A stretch of DNA of 64,000 bases from Bacillota bacterium (GTDB lineage: Bacteria > Bacillota > Clostridia > Oscillospirales > Oscillospiraceae). Position numbers and translations under genes: made by a program. The stretch covers positions 186 through 64,185 of the forward strand of contig JAJQFT010000108.1 of assembly GCA_021200975.1 (NCBI GenBank), read 5' to 3'. The notes below the pieces were generated by a model. The model had not been told where the DNA came from, ran no database searches, and saw only the letters and a program-made list of their open reading frames with translations. Positions 9,804-19,200 of this stretch are shown piece by piece; position 1 is the first letter of the stretch; each line of letters begins with the position of its first letter.

Positions 9804-10394
9804 CTATGGCTCCGCCCAGGCGGGCAGACACGTGAAGGCGCGCTCCTCGCCCTGCCACGGGAAGGCAATGCGGCAGGAGAAGAGCATCGGCGCGGGAGCA
9901 GCGTCTCTTGACCCGTACTTGTGGTCGCCCACCAGCGGATAGCCCCGGCTGGCGAACTGCACCCGAATCTGGTGGCTGCGCCCGGTGTGGAGGCGGATGC
10001 GCACCAGTGAGCTTTCGCCCGAACGCAGCCGCCGATATTCCAGCCGCGCCTTTTTCACGCCCGCGCGCTGGCGCTTGACGACATAGACCTTATTTCTTCC
10101 CACGTCCTTATAGAGCCAGTCCTCCCAGTCGCCGCTTTCCGGGGGCGTGCCGTGTACCAGCGCCACGTATTCCTTCTGCATTGCGCCGCGCCGAAGAATT
10201 TCGCCGAAAGCGGCGGCGGCAGCGCGCGTGCGGGCGAGCACCATCACGCCGCCCACATTTTTATCCAGCCGATGCACGGGAAAGGCCTCGCCCCCAAGGG
10301 TGGCCGCCAGCGTGGCGGGCAGCTCCCGCTCGGAATCCAGCCCGACGGGTTTGACGCACACGGCAATCGAGGCGTCGGAGTAGAGAATTTCCAC
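9804..10394 (-). CDS. RluA-family pseudouridine synthase
   Basis: Motifs FPVHRLDKNVGGVMVLART and GRSHQIRVQFA. GTG at 10394 with GGAAAGGAAGG RBS chosen. The ORF-track extension to 10556 overlaps the next gene's promoter. Confidence 0.85.
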   Translation of the reverse strand: MEILYSDASIAVCVKPVGLDSERELPATLAATLGGEAFPVHRLDKNVGGVMVLARTRAAAAAFGEILRRGAMQKEYVALVHGTPPESGDWEDWLYKDVGRNKVYVVKRQRAGVKKARLEYRRLRSGESSLVRIRLHTGRSHQIRVQFASRGYPLVGDHKYGSRDAAPAPMLFSCRIAFPWQGEERAFTCLPAWAEP

Positions 10395-10548
10395 GTTTTT
10401 CCTTCCTTTCCGGCTTGCTTTTCGGCTATATCTTACCACAGATTTCGGAAAATGCAAACACATTCGCCGCGGGCACTTGCAAAAATCGGAAAAATATGTA
10501 TAATGTACGGGTAAATACTGTGATGGAGAACCATTTGGAGGACACCGC

Positions 10549-12306
10549 GTGACCACCCAAGAATACCGAAAGAAATCCCCGCTGATTATTTTCCTATCTT
10601 ACTTCCGCAAGCATTGGAAGCTGTTCGCGCTGGACGTTTCCTGCGCCGTTGGCATCGCCGCCATCGACCTGCTTTTCCCGCTCGTGACCCGCAGCGCGCT
10701 GTACGATATGCTGCCGAACCAGCTTTACCGCACCTTCTTCACCGTTATGGCGGCGGTGGCGGGGTGCTATGTTATCCGCTCGGTGCTCAATTACATCGTG
10801 GCCTACTTCGGCCACACCTTTGGCATCCGGGTGGAGGCGGATATCCGCAAGGATCTATTCTGCCACCTGCAGGAAATGAGCTTTGATTTTTACGACCGGA
10901 ACCGCACCGGCGCGCTGATGGCGCGCCTGACCTCTGACCTGTTCGAGCTGACGGAGCTTGCCCACCACGGGCCGGAGGATTTGCTCACCTCGGTGCTGAC
11001 GATTATCGGCGCACTGGTGGTGATGGGCTCCATCCGCTGGCAGCTGGCGGTGATTGTGGCGCTGACAATCCCGGCGTTCTTAGCCGTGGTGATGACCATG
11101 CGCCGGAGCCTGAGCCGCGCTGCCGCCGCGGCCAAGGAGAAAACCGGCGTAATCAACCAAGAGATTGAATCCAGCCTCTCTGGCGTACGCACGGCCAAGG
11201 CCTTTGCCAACGAGGAGATGGAAATGCGCCGCTTCAACGCCGCCAACGAGGTGTTCAAGACCTCCAAGCGCAACCATCACAAGGCGATGGGACGCTTCAA
11301 CAGCAGCGTGGAATTCTTCCTGTGCAGCCTGAACGTGATTGTCATCGGCGTCGGGGGCTACTATGTGATGCGCGAGCAAATGGACTACCGGGATTTGCTG
11401 ACCTTCTCGCTGTATATTTCCTCCTTCGTCACGCCGATGCGGAAGCTCTCCAGCTTCTCGGAGATGTTCTCCAACGGCTTCGCGGGGCTCAACCGCTTCG
11501 TGGACATTATGCGTACGGAGCCGACCCTGAAGGACAAGGAAAACGCGCCTGACCTGCAAAATGTGCGCGGGAAAATTCAAGTGGAGGACGTGTCCTTCGC
11601 CTACGATGGGGATCTTGCTGTGCTGCACAACGTGAGCCTTACCGTCGAGCCGGGGGAAACGGTGGCGATTGTCGGCCCCTCCGGCGGCGGAAAAAGCACC
11701 CTGTGCCAGCTCATCCCGCGCTTTTACGATGTCAGCTCCGGCGCAATCCGGATCGATGGGCAGGATGTGCGCGATGTGACCCAGCGCTCGCTGCACGAGA
11801 GCATTGGCATCGTCCAACAGGAGGTTTTCCTCTTTGCCGATACGATTTTTGAGAATATCCGCTACGGCAATCCCGCTGCCACCCGGGAGGAGGTCGTGCA
11901 GGCCGCCAAGAAGGCGGAGATTTACGACGACATTCTGGCCATGCCGCAGGGCTTCGACACCTATGTGGGCGAGCGGGGCACGCTGCTTTCCGGCGGGCAG
12001 AAGCAAAGGATTGCCATTGCCCGGATTTTCCTGAAAAATCCGCCGATTCTGATTCTCGACGAGGCGACCTCTGCGCTCGACTCGGTTACCGAGGCGAGGA
12101 TTCAGCGCGCGTTTGACAATCTGGCGGTCGGGCGCACGACCCTGATCATCGCGCACCGCCTCAGCACCATCCGCAATGCCAGCAGGATTGTGTCCATTGC
12201 CGACGGGGTGATTACCGAGTGCGGCACCCATCAGGAGCTGCTGAAAAAGGGCGGCGTGTATGCCGAGCTGTACCGCACCCAGAACGCCTTGGCGCTGAAC
12301 CCGTAA
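10549..12306 (+). CDS. ABC exporter, fused permease/ATPase (MsbA/multidrug type)
   Basis: Six-TM domain plus an NBD with Walker A GPSGGGKST, signature LSGGQKQRIAIAR and Walker B ILILDEATSALD. GTG start after GGAGG. Confidence 0.9.
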   Translation: MTTQEYRKKSPLIIFLSYFRKHWKLFALDVSCAVGIAAIDLLFPLVTRSALYDMLPNQLYRTFFTVMAAVAGCYVIRSVLNYIVAYFGHTFGIRVEADIRKDLFCHLQEMSFDFYDRNRTGALMARLTSDLFELTELAHHGPEDLLTSVLTIIGALVVMGSIRWQLAVIVALTIPAFLAVVMTMRRSLSRAAAAAKEKTGVINQEIESSLSGVRTAKAFANEEMEMRRFNAANEVFKTSKRNHHKAMGRFNSSVEFFLCSLNVIVIGVGGYYVMREQMDYRDLLTFSLYISSFVTPMRKLSSFSEMFSNGFAGLNRFVDIMRTEPTLKDKENAPDLQNVRGKIQVEDVSFAYDGDLAVLHNVSLTVEPGETVAIVGPSGGGKSTLCQLIPRFYDVSSGAIRIDGQDVRDVTQRSLHESIGIVQQEVFLFADTIFENIRYGNPAATREEVVQAAKKAEIYDDILAMPQGFDTYVGERGTLLSGGQKQRIAIARIFLKNPPILILDEATSALDSVTEARIQRAFDNLAVGRTTLIIAHRLSTIRNASRIVSIADGVITECGTHQELLKKGGVYAELYRTQNALALNP

Positions 12307-12309
12307 GCG

Positions 12310-12386
12310 AAGGATGCTCTGAATCAATCGTCTGCGGCGCAAAGGGTAGTGCAAGATGCCGCGGGCGATTGACGCAGAGCGTCCCT
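12310..12386. repeat. Copy of the palindromic intergenic repeat
   Basis: AAGGATGCTCTGAATCAATCGTCTGCGGCG ... GCAGAGCGTCCCT. The termini are inverted repeats and the 5' half aligns with 55037-55065. Confidence 0.55.
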
Positions 12387-12396
12387 GATACATGAC

Positions 12397-12436
12397 GCCT
12401 GCTGGGGATGGATTCCCTGGCAGGCGTTATTTTTTG
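12397..12436 (+). terminator. Rho-independent terminator of the ABC exporter gene; its hairpin is left copy of a 29-bp direct repeat
   Basis: CCTGCTGGGGA-TGG-ATTCCCTGGCAGG hairpin (two G-U pairs) followed by GTTATTTTTTGC. Confidence 0.7.
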
Positions 12437-12541
12437 CATTTTTGACTCCATTCATGTCCATGACGATGATATTAGACTTTTTGACGGTGAGCAAATAGGA
12501 ATATAGAATTTCTATTCCCTGAAAATCAGGCCCGACCAAAG

Positions 12542-13903
12542 TTAAAAGTTCTTATCCACGTCCTGATATAGTTCGTTATTCAATATTTCCGCATCCTCTC
12601 CAACAAACGCTTTTGCCGCCTCCTTGTCACCCAGCAGCTGCCACATGAACCATGCTGTCACATAGCCGGTTGCCTTGTAAAGTGTCCGCTCATGAGCAGC
12701 ACCTGTTCTCCTTGCCATCACTTTATCCCCGGATAGCTTTGCATACATCGTGCATAGCTCCTCATATGGAATGACAGAGTTTACTTCAAATTCTGCCGTG
12801 CCGGTAATCATGAGCATGGGGATGCTGACCGCAGAAATATCATAAGACCAGTTGAGATTGCCCGCCACAGTCTCAGATGTGGGAGAAAGTGCGGCGGCAG
12901 CTTTGTACAAATCAGCATGGCTCTCTGTAGTAGTAGCGTTAAACACACCAACGCCGCCCTGCGAATGACCAACAATGCCGATATTTTCAGTGTCTATTTT
13001 TCCGTAAAATACAGAGCTTGTATTTTCGTTTTCATGGAGCAGATAATCAAGACTGGCATCCGCACCATCGCCCTGCCACGAAAATTCCTGTTCATTGCCG
13101 ATGACGATAAATCCCCATGAGGCGAAATGCTCCAGAAGCGCCGGGTATTTGGACGCCGGTACACCGGTTCCGTTCACCATCCACTTTACAGAACCAAACG
13201 GGCAGACCTTGTCGTAAACACCATAGGCGCAGACGGTCGGCACGGAATTATCTGTGACCCACATATAACCGGAGATGGGTTTAATGATTTCTTCGTATTC
13301 ATCCGTGCCAAGAACATCCACATTAATTTCCGTTCCAGCCATAACTCCAAAAAGGTACGCTGCGGCTTCGGCATTCTGGTCCAGACCATAGGTTGTCCAG
13401 TCCTCCGCATAAAAGCTGGATGGGCCGACAGCCTCAAAGAGCATGGTCACAGGAATCGGTGATTCGTCTGCATCACGATAGGCGTAGAGCATGGCAAGCG
13501 TTCCTCCGGCACTTCCTCCGCCGATTGCCATAGCATTCAAATTGTAGCCCAGCTCGGCAGCTGCCTCGACTACAGCGGAAATGCTGCTCTTTATCTCCAT
13601 TGACTGCGAGTAAACGCTCGCATCAGGATGGTCATCGTCCCGCAATGTGTAATTGATGCCCGCAGCGACATAACCTTTGGAGCAGAGCCACTGTAGCATT
13701 TCGGCATCGTCCGACTTATCACCGGTGGTAATATAACAGCCTTTATTGCCCACGGCACCTATGGCTGGATTGAAGAATGGGTGGCTCGTGGGATGCAGGA
13801 ATCCGGGGAGGAGATGACAGGCCTCCTGTCTGCGCATGGAATGAAATAATATTTTTTGAAGACATGAATGATGCCTGCTGGGGATGGATTCCCTGGCAGG
13901 CAA
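12542..13903 (-). CDS. Alpha/beta-hydrolase ORF with two serine-hydrolase modules; N-terminus undefined, possibly 5'-truncated or chimeric
   Basis: Two nucleophile elbows, AIGGGSAGGT and IVGHSQGGVG. The ORF start (TTG) lies inside the right repeat copy and has no RBS. The region is AT-richer than its flanks. Confidence 0.55.
   Translation of the reverse strand: MPARESIPSRHHSCLQKILFHSMRRQEACHLLPGFLHPTSHPFFNPAIGAVGNKGCYITTGDKSDDAEMLQWLCSKGYVAAGINYTLRDDDHPDASVYSQSMEIKSSISAVVEAAAELGYNLNAMAIGGGSAGGTLAMLYAYRDADESPIPVTMLFEAVGPSSFYAEDWTTYGLDQNAEAAAYLFGVMAGTEINVDVLGTDEYEEIIKPISGYMWVTDNSVPTVCAYGVYDKVCPFGSVKWMVNGTGVPASKYPALLEHFASWGFIVIGNEQEFSWQGDGADASLDYLLHENENTSSVFYGKIDTENIGIVGHSQGGVGVFNATTTESHADLYKAAAALSPTSETVAGNLNWSYDISAVSIPMLMITGTAEFEVNSVIPYEELCTMYAKLSGDKVMARRTGAAHERTLYKATGYVTAWFMWQLLGDKEAAKAFVGEDAEILNNELYQDVDKNF
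13873..13901 (+). repeat. Right copy of 29-bp direct repeat (duplicated terminator hairpin)
   Basis: GCCTGCTGGGGATGGATTCCCTGGCAGGC is identical to 12397-12425. The flanking ATGA(C/T) is also shared. Confidence 0.85.
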
Positions 13904-14118
13904 TTTTCATGGCGTTGGGAGCCGGAGATTTGGGACTTATGAATGAAATGAAACAATGGCGCCAAAATGCAACAGCGCTCATTTGAGATTTCCGTTTCCC
14001 GGATGGGCGCGGCACTTTTGTAAGGACGCCGGATTGGCGCGCCCCGGCTTTATAGGGCCGCTCCATTTTCCGGAATAAGCGCCATATGGATGAACCGTAG
14101 AACGGGTGCGTTTTTTTG

Positions 14119-14147
14119 TTGACGAATGGCGGAATTTCGCTTATAAT
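14119..14147 (+). promoter_or_regulatory. sigma-A-type promoter upstream of esterase/AraC genes
   Basis: TTGACG (14119-14124), 17-nt spacer, TATAAT (14142-14147). Confidence 0.5.
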
Positions 14148-14225
14148 GGTTTTATATGGATAGATTTGACGGGCAATATGGACAAATTGGATGTCCCAAC
14201 ATTAAAATTTAGGCAGGTTCACTAA

Positions 14226-15080
14226 ATGTTAGCTGTAAAATTTGTGGATTTATACAAGGAGCTTGGCGTCCCGCGCGCCGCCGCGGCGGGCGGGACGCTC
14301 TGCTGCTGGCTGGGCGCGGGCGCGGAGGCGGTCGAGCCGCTCCGGCGCAGGTCGGCCGTCCTGCCGCTGCCGGGAGGCGGATACGGCCACCTTTCGGCAA
14401 GGGAGGAGGAGCCGGTTGCGCTCCGCTTTCTGGCGCGCGGCTGGGCGGCCTTTTCCCTGCGCTATTCCGTCGCGCCCGCCCGCCATCCCACACAGCTTCG
14501 CGAGGCGGCTATGGCGGTGCGCTACCTGCGCGATTCCGCGGCGTCGCTCGGCATCGGCCGCGTTGCCGTGGTCGGCTTCTCCGCGGGCGGGCATCTGGCG
14601 GGAATGCTGGGCACGTTGTTTGACAGCGCGCTTGTACGCGACCTTGCGCCGGCGCGGCAGCTTCGCCCGGACGCGCTGGGGCTGTGCTACCCCGTCACCG
14701 CGCCGCCGGAGGGCGCGACCGGAGCGGGCGCGGCGGAGAGCTTTCGCAACCTGACGGGCGGCACGGCGGAGGAGGCGGCCGCGCTGCGGCTTCAGACGCT
14801 GGTTCGCCCAGATATGCCGCCGGTCTACCTGTGGCACACGCGGGACGACGAGTCCGTGCCCGTGGGCGGCAGCCTGCGGCTGGCGTGCGCGCTCGATGCA
14901 GCGGGGGTGCGCTTTGCCATGCGGGTTTATCACCACGGGCGGCACGGCATCAGCCTTGCGAACGCGCAGGTCTATCCGTCCGGTCAGGTGCCCGCGCACA
15001 GCCCGCAAATTGAGGACTGGCCGGAGGAAATGCTGCTCTTTTTTGCGGAATGCGGAATGGAAACGGGGGAAACAGAATGA
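14226..15080 (+). CDS. Alpha/beta hydrolase (acetyl-esterase/lipase type)
   Basis: Nucleophile elbow VVGFSAGGHLA, acid context WHTRDDESVP and His context HHGRHGIS. Confidence 0.8.
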   Translation: MLAVKFVDLYKELGVPRAAAAGGTLCCWLGAGAEAVEPLRRRSAVLPLPGGGYGHLSAREEEPVALRFLARGWAAFSLRYSVAPARHPTQLREAAMAVRYLRDSAASLGIGRVAVVGFSAGGHLAGMLGTLFDSALVRDLAPARQLRPDALGLCYPVTAPPEGATGAGAAESFRNLTGGTAEEAAALRLQTLVRPDMPPVYLWHTRDDESVPVGGSLRLACALDAAGVRFAMRVYHHGRHGISLANAQVYPSGQVPAHSPQIEDWPEEMLLFFAECGMETGETE

Positions 15081-15847
15081 ACACCATCGATTTCGTGGGC
15101 GAGCACGCCCAAACCTTTGACGTGCGCTGGCACTGCCATGATGTGTGGGAAATGGTGTACTGCACCGGCGGCGAGGGGCGCTTTTATTTCGAGAACGGAA
15201 CCGTGCTGCCCTACCAGGAGGGGGAAGCGGTGGCTGTCCCGCCCGGGGAGCTGCACTCGAATGTCAGCGAGGAGGGCTTCACCAATATCCACCTGCAAAT
15301 GGACGACCCCACCTTTCCCTATAAAACCGCCTTCCGCGTCACGGACGACGCCGACCGCCACCTGCGCGAGGCCTTTCGGCAGGCGAAATACTATTATCTC
15401 TCGGATATCCGGCGCAGCGATCTCGTGCTCTCCGCGCTGGGGGAGCTGATTGTGAGCTACATGGTGGTATTTCGCAGCAACTCGGACTATTCCGAGCCGG
15501 TCGAGCAAATCCGCAGCCAGATCCTGCGTCGCTATGCCGAGCCGGGCTTCGCGCTCGATGAGGCCATCCGCGCCCTGCCCTTCCACTATGACTACCTGCG
15601 CAAGCTCTTCAAGAAGGAGGTGGGCGCGACGCCGCTGGAATACCTGACCCAGATGCGCATGAAAAAGGCCGGCGCGCTGCTGACAGCCCGGGGCGCGCGG
15701 GATTACACGGTGTCGGAGGTGGCGCTGCTGTGCGGCTTTGACGACGCGCTGTACTTCTCGCGCGTGTTCAAAAAGTTCTACGGCGTGTCGCCCTCGGCCT
15801 ATGCGAGCGCGGGCAAAAAGGGGAAGGGTGATCCGAATCTGAAATAA
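15077..15847 (+). CDS. AraC-family transcriptional regulator (cupin plus HTH)
   Basis: C-terminal AraC HTH YLRKLFKKEVGATPLEYLTQMRMKKAGALL...YFSRVFKKFYGVSPSAY. ATGA start/stop overlap with the esterase gene. Confidence 0.9.
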   Translation: MNTIDFVGEHAQTFDVRWHCHDVWEMVYCTGGEGRFYFENGTVLPYQEGEAVAVPPGELHSNVSEEGFTNIHLQMDDPTFPYKTAFRVTDDADRHLREAFRQAKYYYLSDIRRSDLVLSALGELIVSYMVVFRSNSDYSEPVEQIRSQILRRYAEPGFALDEAIRALPFHYDYLRKLFKKEVGATPLEYLTQMRMKKAGALLTARGARDYTVSEVALLCGFDDALYFSRVFKKFYGVSPSAYASAGKKGKGDPNLK

Positions 15848-15968
15848 TATGTCCGAATTATGAATATGTTGTGCCAAAAAGAGCATGGCATTCGGCATCT
15901 TGACGAGTTATAATAGTTGAGTACCAGAATGAATTTAGCAATTTTACCAAAAATGGGAGGCGGATTTT

Positions 15969-16808
15969 GTGAAGATTTGCATCCGCGCCCACGACTTGGG
16001 CGTGAAGGGCACCGGCGCGATTCTCAGCCGGCTGGCCGAGCTTGGGATAGACGGCGTGCAGATGGTCTGCTATAAGGCCTATGACGACATTCCCTATGCC
16101 CCCGGTGGCATTACGCCGGAAAAGGCGGCGCAGATTGGCGCAGACTTCCGCGCGGCCGGCGCGATGATTCCGCTGGTGGGCGCCTACTTCAACCCCGTAC
16201 ATTCCGACCGCGAGAAGGCGGCGCGCTGCGAGCGCATCTTCGGCGAGTACCTTCGCTTATGCCGCGCGATGGGCTGCGACACCGTCGGCTCCGAGACCGG
16301 CTCGTTTAACGACGACAGCTGGACCTATCATCCCCGCAACCGCACCGACGAGGCGCTGCAGGCCGTCGCGGCGGTCTTTGCCCGCCTGTGCGACATTGCC
16401 GACGATGCCGGCAGCACCGTGGCGATGGAGGGCTCGTCGGGGCACGTCTGCTGGGATGTGGACGCCCTGCAGCGCGCGCGGCGCATGATGGGGCGCAAGA
16501 CCAAGGTGATTTTTGACCTTTACAACTTTCTTGACGAATCCAACCAGCTCGATTACCTCTCCATTCTCGACAGGGGGCTGGATGTATTTGGCGGAGAGAT
16601 TCTGCTGTTTCACATGAAGGACTGCCGCTTTGCAAGCGGCCGACATCCCCAGCAGGTGCCCTTCGGTACCGGGGATATGGATTTGGAGGCAGTCCTGAAA
16701 CGCATCAAGGCTTACGACAGCAATGCCGTGCTCACGCTGGAGGGAACCACCGGCGCGGATATCCCCGGCGCGGTCGCGACAATCCAATCTATATGGGAGC
16801 GTGTATAA
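15969..16808 (+). CDS. Sugar phosphate isomerase/epimerase (xylose isomerase-like TIM barrel)
   Basis: Length and pattern (MKICIRAHDLG..., ...LFHMKDC..., ...LEG) fit the AP-endonuclease-2/xylose-isomerase-like TIM family. GTG start after GGAGG. Confidence 0.75.
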   Translation: MKICIRAHDLGVKGTGAILSRLAELGIDGVQMVCYKAYDDIPYAPGGITPEKAAQIGADFRAAGAMIPLVGAYFNPVHSDREKAARCERIFGEYLRLCRAMGCDTVGSETGSFNDDSWTYHPRNRTDEALQAVAAVFARLCDIADDAGSTVAMEGSSGHVCWDVDALQRARRMMGRKTKVIFDLYNFLDESNQLDYLSILDRGLDVFGGEILLFHMKDCRFASGRHPQQVPFGTGDMDLEAVLKRIKAYDSNAVLTLEGTTGADIPGAVATIQSIWERV

Positions 16809-16810
16809 AA

Positions 16811-17647
16811 ATGAATTTTGATGTTCGCTATGCCAATCATCCCGACGATTCCCGGTACTACGATACCGCGGCGCTTCGCCGGCACTACCACATTTCCGGC
16901 ATCTTCCAGCCGGATGCCATCAACCTGACCTATTCCCACCAGGACAGAATCATCGCCGGCGGCATCATGCCGGTGGCAGGCGAGCTGAAGCTCGAAAGCT
17001 GCAAGGAAATCGCCGCGCCCTATTTTCTGGCGCGGCGGGAGCTGGGCGCCATCAACATTGGCGGCGAGGGCGTGATGGTGCTCGATGGGAAGGAATACAC
17101 CGTCGGCCATAAGGACGGCATCTATGTGGGCATGGGCACGAAGGAGCTGATTTTCCGCTCCGTGGATAAGGACAACCCTGCCAAGTTCTACATCAATTCC
17201 TGCCCGGCGCACCGCACCTGCCCCACCGTGCTCATCCCGATGGACAAGGCGCGCTACAACCATCTGGGCGCGCAGGAAACCGTCAACGAGCGCATTCTGC
17301 GCCAGTACATCCATCCCGCCGTGTGCGAGAGCTGCCAGCTCAGCATGGGCATGACCGCCCTGCTGCCCGGCAACGTATGGAATACCATGCCCTGCCACAC
17401 GCACGAGCGGCGGATGGAGGTTTACCTCTATTTTGACATCGCGCCGGATCAGGTGGTCTTTCACATGATGGGGCAGGGGCAGGAAACCCGGCACATCGTC
17501 ATGCACAACGAGGAGGCCGTGATTTCCCCGAGCTGGTCGATTCACTCCGGCGTCGGCACCGCCAACTACACCTTTATCTGGGGCATGTGCGGCGAGAATC
17601 AGGACTTTGATGACATGGACGGCATCCCCACCCAGGATCTGCTCTGA
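16811..17647 (+). CDS. kduI: 5-dehydro-4-deoxy-D-glucuronate isomerase
   Basis: Full-length KduI-like sequence (MNFDVRYANHPDDSRYYDTAALRRHY..., cupin block HTHERRMEVYLYF). Confidence 0.92.
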   Translation: MNFDVRYANHPDDSRYYDTAALRRHYHISGIFQPDAINLTYSHQDRIIAGGIMPVAGELKLESCKEIAAPYFLARRELGAINIGGEGVMVLDGKEYTVGHKDGIYVGMGTKELIFRSVDKDNPAKFYINSCPAHRTCPTVLIPMDKARYNHLGAQETVNERILRQYIHPAVCESCQLSMGMTALLPGNVWNTMPCHTHERRMEVYLYFDIAPDQVVFHMMGQGQETRHIVMHNEEAVISPSWSIHSGVGTANYTFIWGMCGENQDFDDMDGIPTQDLL

Positions 17648-17650
17648 TTT

Positions 17651-18517
17651 TTACCGCTGATTGACCCAGCCAACCCGGCCAGGCACGGCGGGGGACTCCC
17701 GGAAACGGGCAGTCCGGTCGCGGTGCGTATCGTTCCACTTGTCGAAGCCCAGCGGAGCAATGTGCGGGCCGTAGCTGCAATTTACGAAGCTGCACAGCCC
17801 CCAGTCCCGCCACGGGCGGGCGAGGTACACGCTGCCGGGCGCGACACCGTCGGCGCAGGTAAAGCGGCAGCTTTGAAACACAAAGCCCTCGGCTTGCTCG
17901 GCGGGGTGCGCGGGCGCGGCTACATAGCCGATTCCCCGGGCATCGGCCAGCGAGCGCAGCTCGCAGCCGTCGAAGCGGGCGTCGGCGCAGCCGAAGATGA
18001 AATCCACCGTGCCCTCGATTTGGCAGTTTCCATAGCGCTGCCGCAGCGCGCCGCCCCGGCGCAGCGCATCGGGGAGAAACCCGCGATAGCGCTCTATCAG
18101 ATCCGGCGGCAGCGGGCCGGCGAACAGCGTATCCTGCGTGGAGCGCAGGCGGCAGCTTTCCATGGCAAAAGCATCCGCCACCACAGACAGGGCGACCTCC
18201 TGCCCCTTGCTTTCCGGGGTCAGTGCGTCGTTGACCACCGCCAGATTTTCCAGCCTTACCCCATCGGCGCAGACGGCCAGCGTGTAGCTGCGAAAGGTCA
18301 GGTATTCAAAGCCGGCCTCGTCCCGCTTCCGGGCGTAATCATCGTAGACGAGGATGGTTTTCTCCGCCCCCTGCCCCACGATGGTAAGCCCCGGGGTGCG
18401 CAGCAGCACCTTCTGGCGGTATACCCCGGCGGATAGATGGATGGTCGCGCCCACGCTCGCGCGGTCAAAGACCGCTTGCAGCTTGTCGTCCGGCGTTACA
18501 TAAATGGCTTGCGGCAT
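17651..18517 (-). CDS. Pectinesterase (CE8), no signal peptide
   Basis: CE8 motifs QEVALSV, STQDTLF, GTVDFIFG and YLARPW. Start at MPQAIYV after GAAGGAGG. The start coordinate is derived from the ORF track; my manual indexing is uncertain by 1 nt. Confidence 0.9.
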   Translation of the reverse strand: MPQAIYVTPDDKLQAVFDRASVGATIHLSAGVYRQKVLLRTPGLTIVGQGAEKTILVYDDYARKRDEAGFEYLTFRSYTLAVCADGVRLENLAVVNDALTPESKGQEVALSVVADAFAMESCRLRSTQDTLFAGPLPPDLIERYRGFLPDALRRGGALRQRYGNCQIEGTVDFIFGCADARFDGCELRSLADARGIGYVAAPAHPAEQAEGFVFQSCRFTCADGVAPGSVYLARPWRDWGLCSFVNCSYGPHIAPLGFDKWNDTHRDRTARFRESPAVPGRVGWVNQR

Positions 18518-18612
18518 GGCAATGCCTCCTTCGCTGTTTTCGTGCATAATCATACCACGAATACGTCGGGTGTGGCAAGCCGGATTTCAAAAATTTTTCA
18601 GGTGAGGATTGT

Positions 18613-19200
18613 ATGAACCGGCAAATTTCCTTTGGCCAGTACCGCGCCATTGACCTGACGTTTCTGGCGGCGGCGCTTGCCGTGTCTCAGGCGGCAATTT
18701 CCATCGCGGCCTCCACGGTGTACGCCGACCAGCTATATGTGGTGTCCACGGTGGCGGCGATTACGGCGCTGGTGATGATGCGCTGGGGCTTCTGGGCGGC
18801 GATTCACGCCGTGCTGGGCGGCCTCGTGTTCGTGGCTCTGGCGCGCGGCGGCTGGCAGCAGTACCTCATTTACGGCGTGGGCAACCTGTTTTCGCTGCTC
18901 GCGATGCTGCTGATTGGCGTCTTTGGAAAAGAAAAAATCCGGCAAAATGTTTTGCTTACCATGCTTTTTGCGCTATGTACGCAGCTGTTCATGCAGCTCG
19001 GCCGGGCGGGGATTGCCTGCCTGCTCGGCTATGGCATCGATGCCTGCCTTGGCTTTATTACGACGGATGCCCTGTCGATACTCTTTACCGTGTGTATTCT
19101 CTGGGTCGCCCGCCGGGTAGAGGGTCTTTTCGAAGATCAAAAACATTATCTGCTTCGCGTCCAGCGCGAGCAACAAGACGAAGGGAGAGAACCAAATTGA
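18613..19200 (+). CDS. Polytopic membrane protein, unknown function
   Basis: About 5 hydrophobic segments. It lies immediately upstream of the LplB-type permease and overlaps it. Confidence 0.55.
   Translation: MNRQISFGQYRAIDLTFLAAALAVSQAAISIAASTVYADQLYVVSTVAAITALVMMRWGFWAAIHAVLGGLVFVALARGGWQQYLIYGVGNLFSLLAMLLIGVFGKEKIRQNVLLTMLFALCTQLFMQLGRAGIACLLGYGIDACLGFITTDALSILFTVCILWVARRVEGLFEDQKHYLLRVQREQQDEGREPN

Noticed and set aside
12397-13901. The hairpin-flanked cassette as an integron gene cassette with attC sites.
   Set aside because: No intI integrase, attI site or neighbouring cassettes are present. The repeat is a short 29-bp hairpin that doubles as an ordinary terminator, and it lacks the typical R''-L''/L'-R' attC organisation.
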